From Candidatus Omnitrophota bacterium (GTDB lineage: Bacteria; Omnitrophota; Gorgyraeia; Gygaellales; Profunditerraquicolaceae): a stretch of 64,000 nt of DNA. The DNA lies in NCBI GenBank assembly GCA_018825985.1, contig JAHKAP010000047.1, positions 2,719 to 66,718 of the forward strand. Direction: 5' to 3'. Within the stretch, counting starts at the first letter, position 1. Every line of letters begins with the position of its first letter. Positions 19,407-28,657 of this stretch are shown in pieces. A program made the position numbers and the translations under genes. The notes under the pieces were generated by a model that was given only the letters and a program-made list of their open reading frames with translations, ran no database searches and had not been told where the DNA came from.

Positions 19407-19897
19407 TGAGAAAAATATTGCCGCTCGACCTTTTAAAAAAGAATATAATTTCTCTTAAAAGGCAGGGAAAAAAAATAGTATTCACTAACGGTTGTTTTGA
19501 CATCTTGCATTATGGCCATGTTAAGTATTTAGAAGACGCCTCGCATAAAGGCGACTGTCTGGTAGTAGCTATAAATAGCGATGTTTCCGTCAGAAGGATA
19601 AAGGGAAACCATCGGCCTATTGTAAAAGAGATGGACCGGGCCAGAGTTCTGGCGGGTTTAAAGAGTGTTGATTATGTGGTTATTTTTAAACAAGAAACCC
19701 CGCTTGAGGTCATCGAATACATTAAGCCGGATATTTTGGTTAAGGGCGCGGATTGGGGCCTCAAAGATATCGTAGGCAGGGAAGCGGTTTTAAAATACGG
19801 CGGCAAGGTTTCGGTAATAAGATTTTTAAAGGGGTATTCCACGACCAAGCTTATAAATAAAATTGCTCAAACATTCCAAAGACAGCGGTATAGATAG
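19406..19897 (+). CDS. rfaE2: D-glycero-beta-D-manno-heptose 1-phosphate adenylyltransferase
   Basis: FTNGCFDILHYGH, NSDVSVRRIKG and VKGADW. Confidence 0.92.
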   Translation: MRKILPLDLLKKNIISLKRQGKKIVFTNGCFDILHYGHVKYLEDASHKGDCLVVAINSDVSVRRIKGNHRPIVKEMDRARVLAGLKSVDYVVIFKQETPLEVIEYIKPDILVKGADWGLKDIVGREAVLKYGGKVSVIRFLKGYSTTKLINKIAQTFQRQRYR

Positions 19898-20306
19898 GAT
19901 AATCGACGCTAACTTAAACCGGGCCAAAGAGGGTTTGCGGGTCATGGAAGAGATATCCCGGTTTATTCTGGAAAACCGCTCACTTAGCGCTGAATTAAAG
20001 AAGTTCAGGCATAGGTTGGATTCAATAATTAAAATTCTGCCCTCCAGATCTATTCTCTTGGTAGAAAGGGACAGCCTAAAGGATATCGGAAAAACCATTT
20101 ACATGAAAGAGTTGCGCCGGGAGAATTGCCGGGATATTTTTGCGGCTAATATGCAGAGGGTCAAAGAGTCTTTAAGGGTATTGGAGGAATTTTCTAAATT
20201 ACGAGATATCAAAGCGGCGATTAGATTTAAAGAGGCCAGGTATTACATCTATGAATTGGAAAAAAAGATCGATCAAAGACTGTCGTCTTTACGCTATCTT
20301 AGATAA
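19863..20306 (+). CDS. ThiD2-type domain (N-terminal domain of long ThiE) as a separate ORF
   Basis: RIIDANLNRAKEGLRVMEE..RVKESLRVLEEFSK. Confidence 0.8.
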   Translation: MLKHSKDSGIDRIIDANLNRAKEGLRVMEEISRFILENRSLSAELKKFRHRLDSIIKILPSRSILLVERDSLKDIGKTIYMKELRRENCRDIFAANMQRVKESLRVLEEFSKLRDIKAAIRFKEARYYIYELEKKIDQRLSSLRYLR

Positions 20307-20889
20307 AGATGTTCTGGTGAAAAGATCCTTATTAAATACCGCGCGAAAAATGTTGGACGCGGGCGTGGATATTATCCAATACCGGGATAAGTCATCCGAT
20401 AAAAAAACCATCCTTAAACACTCCCTCATATTAAAAAAACTATTACAAAAAAGCAGGACCATATTTATAATCAATGATCATGTTGATATCGCCTCTTTAG
20501 TGGATAGCGATGGAGTTCATTTGGGCCAGGACGACCTTTCGCTTGGAGGTGCCCGTAAATTATTAGGGCCGGAGAAGATAATCGGGATATCCTGCCGCGG
20601 TTTAAAACAGGCTTTGATAGCCCAGAATGAGGGCGCTGATTATTTGGGTTTAGGCCCGGTATTCTCAACTCCGGTAAAAAAAGGATTTTCGCCGGTTGGC
20701 CTGGAGAAGATACGTGAGTTTGAAAAAAATATCCGTATTCCTTATTTTGTAATCGGCGGGATTAATTGTAATAATCTCCTGCGGGTAAGATCGGCCGGGG
20801 CTAAAAGGGCGGCGATCTGCCGCGGATTATGCCGGGCGCAAGATATACTTAAACAAACCAGGAAGATCCGAAGTATTTTGAATAATTAA
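20251..20889 (+). CDS. thiE: Thiamine-phosphate synthase
   Basis: IQYRDK, IINDHVD, DGVHLGQDD and GPVFST. Confidence 0.92.
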   Translation: MNWKKRSIKDCRLYAILDKDVLVKRSLLNTARKMLDAGVDIIQYRDKSSDKKTILKHSLILKKLLQKSRTIFIINDHVDIASLVDSDGVHLGQDDLSLGGARKLLGPEKIIGISCRGLKQALIAQNEGADYLGLGPVFSTPVKKGFSPVGLEKIREFEKNIRIPYFVIGGINCNNLLRVRSAGAKRAAICRGLCRAQDILKQTRKIRSILNN

Positions 20890-20894
20890 TTATA

Positions 20895-22178
20895 ATGACC
20901 CAGATAGAATACGCTAGAAAGAATATTCTTACTTCGATAATGAAAAAGATTTCGTCGCAGGAATCATTATCGGGTGAGGTTTTTTTAAAGCGCTTAAAAG
21001 AAGGGAAGATCGTCATACCTTTAAATCATAAACATAAGATAAAAAAACCCTGCGCGGTAGGTTTAGGTTTGAAGACTAAAATAAATGCTAATATTGGGAC
21101 CTCTCCGGATAAGGATAGCTCCTCAGATGAATTGGAGAAATTAGCCGTAGCTCTAAAATATGGCGCGGATACGGTTATGGACCTTAGTGTTGGTTCTGAT
21201 ATACCTGGTGTCCGCCGCAGGATACTAAAGGCGTCTTGTGTTCCTGTAGGTACCGTGCCTATTTATGAGATTGCGGTAAACGCTCAAAAAAAGTATAAAG
21301 ATCTGCTCAGATTTGATATTAACAGCATATTGGATTGCCTTGAAACTCAGGCCAGCGACGGAGTCGATTTTTTTACTATCCATTGCGGAGTTACCAAAAA
21401 AAGCCTTGATGCTTTAAACTCGAGCAAAAGGTTGATGGGAATTGTCTCCCGGGGAGGAGCGATGATCGCCTCCTGGATCAAGAAGAATAAGAAAGAAAAT
21501 CCTTTTTATGAATATTTTGACCGGATACTGGATATCGCTTATCGTTATGATGTTACCTTAAGCCTGGGTGACGGACTGCGTCCGGGATCGATATTCGACG
21601 CTACTGATAATGCCCAGATCTGTGAACTAAAAATTTTGGGCGAACTTAAGGCAAGGGCGAATAAGCGCAATGTCCAGGTAATAATTGAAGGCCCGGGCCA
21701 TGTCCCCTTAGACCAGATAAGAGAGAATATCCTATTGGAAAAAAAGATTTGCCGGGGAGCGCCATTTTATGTCCTTGGACCGCTGGTTACAGATATTGCT
21801 CCCGGATATGACCATATTACTTCTGCGATAGGCGCTGCAATGGCCGCTGGTTATGGCGCGGACTTTTTGTGTTATGTGACCCCTTCAGAACATTTGCGCC
21901 ATCCCTCGGCTGAAGATGTTAGGGAAGGGGTGATAGCTTCCAGGATCGCTGCCCACGCGGCAGATATTGTTAAAGGACTGCCGCAGGCTTTAGAATGGGA
22001 CAGAAAAATGTCGCTGGCTCGTAAAAAGCGCGATTGGCAAAAACAGATCAAGTTGGCAATAGATCCTCAAAAGGCTAAACTTTATCGTTTGTCTTCCAAA
22101 CCGGATCTGTCCGACGTATGCACAATGTGCGGGAAGTATTGTTCAATTAAACTAAGCGAGAAGTGCCTGAAACTTTAA
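20895..22178 (+). CDS. thiC: Phosphomethylpyrimidine synthase
   Basis: KINANIGTS, SLGDGLRPG, EGPGH, YDHITSAIG and CTMCGKYC. Confidence 0.95.
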   Translation: MTQIEYARKNILTSIMKKISSQESLSGEVFLKRLKEGKIVIPLNHKHKIKKPCAVGLGLKTKINANIGTSPDKDSSSDELEKLAVALKYGADTVMDLSVGSDIPGVRRRILKASCVPVGTVPIYEIAVNAQKKYKDLLRFDINSILDCLETQASDGVDFFTIHCGVTKKSLDALNSSKRLMGIVSRGGAMIASWIKKNKKENPFYEYFDRILDIAYRYDVTLSLGDGLRPGSIFDATDNAQICELKILGELKARANKRNVQVIIEGPGHVPLDQIRENILLEKKICRGAPFYVLGPLVTDIAPGYDHITSAIGAAMAAGYGADFLCYVTPSEHLRHPSAEDVREGVIASRIAAHAADIVKGLPQALEWDRKMSLARKKRDWQKQIKLAIDPQKAKLYRLSSKPDLSDVCTMCGKYCSIKLSEKCLKL

Positions 22179-22183
22179 ATTTT

Positions 22184-22324
22184 GCGGGTGTAGTTTCCGC
22201 CACAAACCGTGGCGGATCCACCGAGTTCTTTGGCGGACATCGGTAGAATACCAGCTTCCTCCCGACGCTATCGTAAGGAGAATCGGGATCCCGCCCCACA
22301 TAAACGAAGGTCGGGACAAGCTGT
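22184..22324 (+). pseudogene. Truncated tRNA-Gly(CCC) copy interrupted by two palindromic insertions
   Basis: Removing 22196-22237 and 22260-22316 gives GCGGGTGTAGTTCATCGGTAGAATACCAGCTTCCCAAGCTGT, matching the 5' part of the intact tRNA downstream. Confidence 0.75.
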
Positions 22325-22335
22325 TGAATTAGTTT

Positions 22336-22409
22336 GCGGGTGTAATTCAATGGTAGAATGGCAGCTTCCCAAGCTGTCTATGGCGGTTCGATTCCGCTCA
22401 CCCGCTCCA
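22336..22409 (+). tRNA. tRNA-Gly(CCC)
   Basis: Acceptor GCGGGTG/CACCCGC, anticodon loop TTCCCAA, T-loop TTCGATT, encoded CCA. Confidence 0.93.
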
Positions 22410-22451
22410 AAATACAGTATGTAGTAGGTAGTAGATAGGCGTAAGAAAAAT

Positions 22452-23153
22452 ATGGAGAAAATGAGGGGATATTTATTAAGGAATAGAAAAAGAATAACCT
22501 ATATACTATATACTACATACTTTATGCTGTTCTTGGTCGGGTGCGCCAGTACTACAGTTATTAAGCCAACACATCCCGGCGCGGCCAGGCCGGAAGGTGT
22601 TTATCACCGGGTGGAAAAAGGCCAGACCCTTTGGGCAATTTCTAAGAAATATTCGGTGGATATCGATAGCCTTGCCAGGGCAAACCGAATTTTTGATACT
22701 GCCAGGATAGAAGTAGGGCAGTTAATATTTATACCTGAAAATAAACAGCCTGCTGCGGTTAAGGTTTATTCAAACGATGATTTTATCTGGCCCTTAGAAG
22801 GAAAGGTTGTATCCAGTTTCGGCCAGAGTTTTAATAACATGATCAATAAAGGATTGAACATCCAGCCGGCCTCATCTGCCGATATCCTGGTTTCTCGCAG
22901 CGGCAGGGTAGTTTTTTACAGCGATAATTTTATTTCTTTCGGTAAGACCTTGATCGTTGATCATCAGGATGGATTCTTAACTGTTTACGCTGGGATAGCG
23001 CAGGCTTTGGTTAAGCTTGGCGATGATATTTTAAAAGGCGTTTCCATAGGCAGGGTTTACCCGACAAGTAATTTGGCAGGGGGTAAACCGTATTTACATT
23101 TTGAGATCAGGAAGGGGCATTTAGCCCAAAACCCATATTTTTATCTGCCATGA
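22452..23153 (+). CDS. LysM + M23 peptidase-like lipoprotein (NlpD-like)
   Basis: Lipobox LVGC, HRVEKGQTLWAIS, FIWPLEG and LHFEIRK. Confidence 0.85.
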   Translation: MEKMRGYLLRNRKRITYILYTTYFMLFLVGCASTTVIKPTHPGAARPEGVYHRVEKGQTLWAISKKYSVDIDSLARANRIFDTARIEVGQLIFIPENKQPAAVKVYSNDDFIWPLEGKVVSSFGQSFNNMINKGLNIQPASSADILVSRSGRVVFYSDNFISFGKTLIVDHQDGFLTVYAGIAQALVKLGDDILKGVSIGRVYPTSNLAGGKPYLHFEIRKGHLAQNPYFYLP

Positions 23154-24742
23154 ACGAAAATAATATTTTTGGAAGACAGGTCTATTTGGATATCCTGGAA
23201 AAGCGGATCAATGATTTTAAAGAAGGCTACCGTCAGAATATCGCTATAATTGGCGATGAGTCTATCGGCAAGACTTCTCTGGTCTTTGAATTCCTGCGCA
23301 AATTTTATGATAATAGCGTTATTACCGTATATCTTGAAGTAAGGCCGGAATCCCTGGCTACTTTCGGTAAGCGGTTTATCGGGGTATTACTTTATAATTT
23401 CCTGGTTAATAGCAATATCAATCTAAAAGAAGATCTGGATTTTCTAATCAATAAATCTTACTCTTATATACCGAAAACCGTAGACAAGATCCGGGTGATA
23501 CTTAAGGATTTGGAAAAAAGGAAAAAAGATAATATCTTCTTTGACCTGCTATCTCTCTGCGATCTAATTTACCAGGAGACCGGAAAGCTTAGCCTGGTGA
23601 TCATGGATGAGTTTCATAATTTTGACAACGCCCAAGCAAAGAAGTTATACAGCGAATGGTCCAAGAGCCTGATGGTCCAGAAGAATACAATGTATATAAT
23701 CCTGAGTTCGTCTGTCTGCCGGGCCCGGGCCCTGCTCTCCAAAGAACTTTCTCTTTTATTTGGCAATTTTCAGGTAGTTGAGATAGAGCCTTTTGACGCC
23801 CAAACCACGGAAGAATACTTAAGCCTTAAATTAGAAGGTATTAATATCGATCCGGAGTTGAAAAATTTCCTGGCCCATTTTACCGCCGGCCATCCGTTTT
23901 ACCTGGAGATCATTGCTAATCTTTTGCTGAAATCTCCGCAGGTTGACCTGGTTGACCTGCTGGAGGATATTATTTTTGAATCATCCGGGATTCTTAACCA
24001 GAGGTTTCATAATTATCTTAAACGGTTTGAATCCGGAAAACATAGTGATGTCCATATCGCGATCCTTTATTCGGTCTCCCGGGGCCAGAATAAGATCAAA
24101 GACCTTGTCCATATTACCCACACGCCTAAAAAAGAATTAGAGTCCCGGATCAATTATTTATTAAGCGTTGATGCCCTTAGCCGCAACGGAGATTTTTTAA
24201 AGATAAATGACCGGGTTTTTAGTTTTTGGCTAAGGTTTGTTTACCAGCAGAAATTGCGTTCTTTTACATATGATGCCCAGAATCAAAAATCGGTATTCAG
24301 GAAGAATATCGAGGATATGGTCGGTGAATTCCTGAATAGCTCAGGAAAGAGCGTTTTTCAGAGGGTAAAGGAGCTATTGAACCTTTTTGCGGATGACTCG
24401 ATCCAGATAGAAAAAAAGAGGCTTAAGCTTACTCACTTCCGCGAGATAAAAAAGGTGGAATTTACTAATCGCGGGATCAGGGAGGGGTTGGTCTGCCGTT
24501 CCGGCGAGAGCCTCTGGATCATCGCTTTCAAGCCGGATGTTTTGAATGAAATAGATATCAGTGAATTCGCCAGGGAATGCAAAAAATTCCGCTATAGACT
24601 CCAAAAAAAAATTATTATCACTATGCGGGAGATGGACGCTAATAGCCGTTTAAGGGCATTAGAGGAGAAGATTATGACTTGGGATGTGGATAATCTAAAC
24701 CAGATATTGGATCTTTATTCCCGGCCAAGGATAGCTATATGA
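23150..24742 (+). CDS. Archaeal-ATPase-like AAA+ P-loop protein
   Basis: FGRQ, Walker A GDESIGKTS, Walker B VIMDEFH and TAGHPFYL. Confidence 0.75.
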   Translation: MNENNIFGRQVYLDILEKRINDFKEGYRQNIAIIGDESIGKTSLVFEFLRKFYDNSVITVYLEVRPESLATFGKRFIGVLLYNFLVNSNINLKEDLDFLINKSYSYIPKTVDKIRVILKDLEKRKKDNIFFDLLSLCDLIYQETGKLSLVIMDEFHNFDNAQAKKLYSEWSKSLMVQKNTMYIILSSSVCRARALLSKELSLLFGNFQVVEIEPFDAQTTEEYLSLKLEGINIDPELKNFLAHFTAGHPFYLEIIANLLLKSPQVDLVDLLEDIIFESSGILNQRFHNYLKRFESGKHSDVHIAILYSVSRGQNKIKDLVHITHTPKKELESRINYLLSVDALSRNGDFLKINDRVFSFWLRFVYQQKLRSFTYDAQNQKSVFRKNIEDMVGEFLNSSGKSVFQRVKELLNLFADDSIQIEKKRLKLTHFREIKKVEFTNRGIREGLVCRSGESLWIIAFKPDVLNEIDISEFARECKKFRYRLQKKIIITMREMDANSRLRALEEKIMTWDVDNLNQILDLYSRPRIAI

Positions 24743-24743
24743 G

Positions 24744-24817
24744 CCCCGCACCTTCTAAAATATTAAATCATTAAAGGCAAATGGTGTTAGGGTTATGAAT
24801 AAGAAAGAAGGTGCAAG
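24744..24817. mobile_element. ~74-bp GCACCTTC..GAAGGTGC element between a stop codon and a start codon
   Basis: TGAG-ccccgcaccttct..agaaggtgcaag-GTGAG; interior similar to 14660-14732. Confidence 0.7.
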
Positions 24818-25309
24818 GTGAGGATCGGGGTGATCGCAGATACGCATGTTCCGGACAGGGCTAAAAAAATACCGGATGAAGTTCTAAAGGCCTTTAGAAA
24901 TGTAGATATGATTATCCACGCCGGAGACCTGGTCGTTTTAAACGTGTTGGAAGATCTTAAAAAGCTCTGCCCTGACGTGAGGGCAGTCTGCGGCAACATG
25001 GATTGTATTCATGTGCGTAATAATTTTCCCGATAGAATGCTGATCAAAGCAGGCGAAGTTAATATCGGGGTAATGCATGGGTTTGGGCCGGTCGGGAGCT
25101 TAATGGATGTTTTAAAAGAGGCTTTTAAGAAAGAGAAAGTGGGCCTGATCATATTCGGGCATTCTCACAAGGCATTTAATAAAAATAAAGATAATATCAT
25201 TTTTTTTAATCCCGGAAGCCCGACTGATAAATTATTTTCATCCTACAATTCTTATGGTATTATAGAGATTAAAGGCAGGAATATTGATGCCAAGATAGTT
25301 AAATTATAA
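24818..25309 (+). CDS. YfcE-type metallophosphoesterase
   Basis: ADTH, HAGD, GNMD, HG, FGHSH and NPGS. Confidence 0.9.
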   Translation: MRIGVIADTHVPDRAKKIPDEVLKAFRNVDMIIHAGDLVVLNVLEDLKKLCPDVRAVCGNMDCIHVRNNFPDRMLIKAGEVNIGVMHGFGPVGSLMDVLKEAFKKEKVGLIIFGHSHKAFNKNKDNIIFFNPGSPTDKLFSSYNSYGIIEIKGRNIDAKIVKL

Positions 25310-25310
25310 A

Positions 25311-25388
25311 TGTAAATGGGGTCAGAATTATTTTTCTTATTTTACTTACCCGAAAAATAATTCTGACCCCATTTAGACCCCATTTACA
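25311..25388. repeat. Palindromic element family A, copy 3, with extra right end
   Basis: TAAATGGGGTCAGAATTATTTTTC..GAAAAATAATTCTGACCCCATTTA-GACCCCATTTACA. Confidence 0.9.
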
Positions 25389-25418
25389 AGATCGATGCGA
25401 AGATAGTTAAATTAAAAA

Positions 25419-25901
25419 ATGGATAAACTCTGGGCGCCCTGGCGGGAGAGTTATGTGCAATCAAAGAAGGATAAGAAGTGCATATTTTGCCTGGCAGTAA
25501 AAAAAGCCCGGGGCAGTCAAATAATTTTTAAATCTAAATATTCATTTTGTATCCTGAACATATTCCCTTATAATAACGGGCATTTGATGGTTGCCCCGAT
25601 TAAGCATTGCGCGGATATAACTTTACTAAAAGATGAAGAAGTCCTGGACCTATTCAGGTCATTAAAAGAAGCCAAGAAACTGCTGGATAGGGTATTAAGG
25701 CCCCAAGGATATAATATAGGTATTAATTTAAATGATGTGGCCGGAGCCGGAGTCACCGGACATTTGCATATCCATATAGTCCCCCGCTGGAAAGGCGATA
25801 CAAATTTTATGCCGATCATAGGCAATACTAAAGTGATATCCCAATCGTTAAAAGAATTATTTAAGCAGTTAATAAATGAGCGCAAAAAAACAAATATTTG
25901 A
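25419..25901 (+). CDS. HIT family hydrolase (Ap4A phosphorylase-like)
   Basis: LWAPWR, CIFC, NIFPYNNGHLMV and HLHIHIVPRW. Confidence 0.9.
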   Translation: MDKLWAPWRESYVQSKKDKKCIFCLAVKKARGSQIIFKSKYSFCILNIFPYNNGHLMVAPIKHCADITLLKDEEVLDLFRSLKEAKKLLDRVLRPQGYNIGINLNDVAGAGVTGHLHIHIVPRWKGDTNFMPIIGNTKVISQSLKELFKQLINERKKTNI

Positions 25902-27030
25902 TCTTGAAGAAAGTTTCCTCGCTCCTTACGCAATGAAGAGCGTAAATTCCAAGGGAAGAGTATATCCGGAGGAAGTCCATTCTTACCGTTCTCCTTACCA
26001 GCGGGACAGGGACAGGGTCATCCATTCCGCGGCTTTCAGGAGGCTGGAATATAAAACCCAGGTTTTTGTTAATCATGAAGGCGATTACTATCGCACCAGG
26101 CTGACCCATACTATTGAAGTGGCCCAAATAGCCAGGACTATTGCTTACGCCTTGCGTTTGAATTTTGATCTGACCGAAGCGATCGCCTTGGCCCATGATT
26201 TGGGGCACACCCCTTTCGGCCATTCCGGAGAAGACGCCTTAAATGAACTAATGTCGAAATTCGGAGGTTTTAATCATAACCTGCAGGGTTTACGGGTCGT
26301 TGATATCCTGGAAGAACGTTATCCGGATTTCCCCGGGCTTAATTTGAGCTGGGAGGTCAGGGAAGGCATAGTTAAACACTCCAGCGCCTTTGATATCGCT
26401 GCGAAAATTAAGGATTTGGCTCCCAAGGAACTGCCGACCCTGGAGACTCAAATCGTTGACATTGCCGATGAAATTGCTTATGATAACCATGATATCGATG
26501 ATGGCATTACATCGGGGCTTCTAAAAGAGTCGGATTTTAAGACCCTGGAGATTTGGAATAATATATGTAAGGCAATTTCCAGTAAATATGCTAAAATAGA
26601 TCCGGCGATAAAGAAATACCTGATCATCCGCTCGTTGATAAATATACAGGTTACTGACCTTATTCAAAAGACGCAGGCCACTATAGACCGGCTTAAGCCT
26701 AAGTCGCATCAGGATGTTAAAAGCGCGGATAAAAAAATAGTTTCGTTTAGCCCAAGGTTAAATGAATTACGTTTGCCATTAAGGGATCTTTTGATCAATA
26801 AATTATATCGGCACTACCGGGTAGTGCGGATGAGCGATAAAGCCAAACGTTTTATTAAAGAATTATTTGAAGTTTATATCTCCCGGCCGCAGGCTCTGCC
26901 TTCGAATATCCAGAAGCGTATCCCCAAGGATGACACTCGCAGGGCGGTGTGCGATTATATCGCCGGAATGACTGATAGGTATGCCTTAGATGAATACAAA
27001 AAACTATTTGATCCCTACGAAAAGGTATAA
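25876..27030 (+). CDS. dgt: Deoxyguanosinetriphosphate triphosphohydrolase-like protein
   Basis: RDRDRVIHS, KTQVF, RTRLTH, HDLGHTPFGHSGE and DYIAGMTD. Confidence 0.92.
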   Translation: MSAKKQIFDLEESFLAPYAMKSVNSKGRVYPEEVHSYRSPYQRDRDRVIHSAAFRRLEYKTQVFVNHEGDYYRTRLTHTIEVAQIARTIAYALRLNFDLTEAIALAHDLGHTPFGHSGEDALNELMSKFGGFNHNLQGLRVVDILEERYPDFPGLNLSWEVREGIVKHSSAFDIAAKIKDLAPKELPTLETQIVDIADEIAYDNHDIDDGITSGLLKESDFKTLEIWNNICKAISSKYAKIDPAIKKYLIIRSLINIQVTDLIQKTQATIDRLKPKSHQDVKSADKKIVSFSPRLNELRLPLRDLLINKLYRHYRVVRMSDKAKRFIKELFEVYISRPQALPSNIQKRIPKDDTRRAVCDYIAGMTDRYALDEYKKLFDPYEKV

Positions 27031-28051
27031 AACTCTAATTTCATCCATCCATAGTATTTACCGGCTGGTGAATTCTACCTTTGAATTAAATGATCTAATC
27101 ATCCGGCTATCCCGGTTGATCTGTCAGATATTCGATTCCCAGCACTGTATGATTCTAATCCTGGATTCCAGCAAGAAGCATTCAATATTTAAATGCGTTA
27201 TAAACAACAAAAAGAAGACTATTATTGATAAGAAACATAATATCTCCGCCAGGCTCGAGAAGAGGATCATTGCCAAGCTTTCGGTTGTGCGTAATGATCA
27301 TTGTATCGGTTTGCCGTTGATCGGTGACGATATTGTAGGCGTGGTTGTGTTAAAGCGCTCCAAAAAGGAACCGGCCTTTGATAATTATGACCAGGAGATA
27401 TTAATGACTCTTCTGGAGCAGGCGATGATCGCTATTAAAAATTTGCAGTTATATGAAGAGCAGCAGAAGACCGTTTTCGGAAGTATCAAGAGCCTGGTTA
27501 TGCTTTTAGATATGCGGGTCCCTCAGGGGTACACCCACTCTCCATATTTCAGCCGTCTGGTAGCGGCTATTGCCGGACAGCTGCACCTTGACCAGAAGCA
27601 GATCGAGTCTTTAAAATACGCCAGCCTTTTGCATGATGCCGGAAAAATAGATATTCCCATTGAGATTTTGACTAAAACCACTAAATTGACTCCTCAGGAG
27701 TATTCGATCATTAAGCGCCATCCGGTCATGGGCGCGCAGATCTTAAGGCCATTGCAGATCTTAAGGCCGGCGATACCGATTATTATGCATCATCATGAAA
27801 AATATAACGGAACGGGTTATCCGTCTAAGCTGAAAAAAGGGCAGATCCCGTTGGGCGCCCGGGTTATGGCGGTTGCCGATGCTTTTGAGGCTATGGTTTA
27901 CGGAAGGCCTTACCGGGAGCGGATTAACATAGACCTGGCTATCCGGGAGATTAAAAAGAAGAGCGGGACCCAGTTTGACCCGAAAATAGTCGAAGCCTTC
28001 TTAAAAATATCCAAAAAAATGGCAAAAAAATACTTGCAATTTAATAGATAG
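26990..28051 (+). CDS. GAF-like + HD-GYP domain protein
   Basis: LHDAGKI, HHEKYNGTGYP, VADAFEAM..RPYR and GTQFDP. Confidence 0.88.
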   Translation: MNTKNYLIPTKRYKTLISSIHSIYRLVNSTFELNDLIIRLSRLICQIFDSQHCMILILDSSKKHSIFKCVINNKKKTIIDKKHNISARLEKRIIAKLSVVRNDHCIGLPLIGDDIVGVVVLKRSKKEPAFDNYDQEILMTLLEQAMIAIKNLQLYEEQQKTVFGSIKSLVMLLDMRVPQGYTHSPYFSRLVAAIAGQLHLDQKQIESLKYASLLHDAGKIDIPIEILTKTTKLTPQEYSIIKRHPVMGAQILRPLQILRPAIPIIMHHHEKYNGTGYPSKLKKGQIPLGARVMAVADAFEAMVYGRPYRERINIDLAIREIKKKSGTQFDPKIVEAFLKISKKMAKKYLQFNR

Positions 28052-28074
28052 AGGATATATAATAAAAGGTTAAG

Positions 28075-28653
28075 ATGGAGAAAAATAAAGCTTCCCAAAT
28101 GGAATTATTCTCTCAAGGGCGGGATCCTCAAGATGCGGATAACCGGTCTGCGGCCGGATTTATATCCCGGATACGCAATTACGAGAAAGTTGTTTTAGGG
28201 GTAATGGTTTTTATAATTTTTGGAGTGGTTACTTTTTGTATCGGGGTAGAAAGAGGTAAAAGCTTAAGCCGTTTGGATAATTTTAAGCGTTTGGATGTAG
28301 CTAGTAAACCTGTTTTACCGGTCAAATCTCAGGAGACCGTAATATCAGTTGCGCCTGCGAATGTCATTGCGGTTGAGCAGCCGCTGATAAAGAAGATTCC
28401 TGCGGTTGCGCCGGCAATAAAAGAACCGGCCGGATCTTATACCGTCCAAGTAGGAAGTTATAAGAATAATAGCGCGGCCCAGAAAGAGGCCCAGAGATTG
28501 CGCCAGAACGGATTGGACTCTTTAGTTTTGGTCAAGGGGGCGTATTCAATAGTCTGTATAGGAAGTTTTACCGGGAAAAATAAGGCCCAGGCGGCTTTAT
28601 TAAAATTAAAAAATCAATACCAATACCATGATTGTTTATTAAGGAGGCTATAA
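28075..28653 (+). CDS. SPOR domain membrane protein
   Basis: One TM, then YTVQVGSY..AQKEAQRL..IGSF. Confidence 0.8.
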   Translation: MEKNKASQMELFSQGRDPQDADNRSAAGFISRIRNYEKVVLGVMVFIIFGVVTFCIGVERGKSLSRLDNFKRLDVASKPVLPVKSQETVISVAPANVIAVEQPLIKKIPAVAPAIKEPAGSYTVQVGSYKNNSAAQKEAQRLRQNGLDSLVLVKGAYSIVCIGSFTGKNKAQAALLKLKNQYQYHDCLLRRL

Positions 28654-28657
28654 AAAT

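Noticed and set aside
20880-20900. TPP riboswitch for thiE/thiC
   Set aside because: Genes are tightly packed with no leader and no TPP aptamer motif was seen
22184-22324. Intron-containing functional tRNA
   Set aside because: T-arm and 3' acceptor strand are absent, and inserts are far too short for group I introns
22147-22424. ORFs 22209-22424 (+) and 22147-22350 (-)
   Set aside because: They overlap the tRNA-Gly gene and its interrupted duplicate; no protein features
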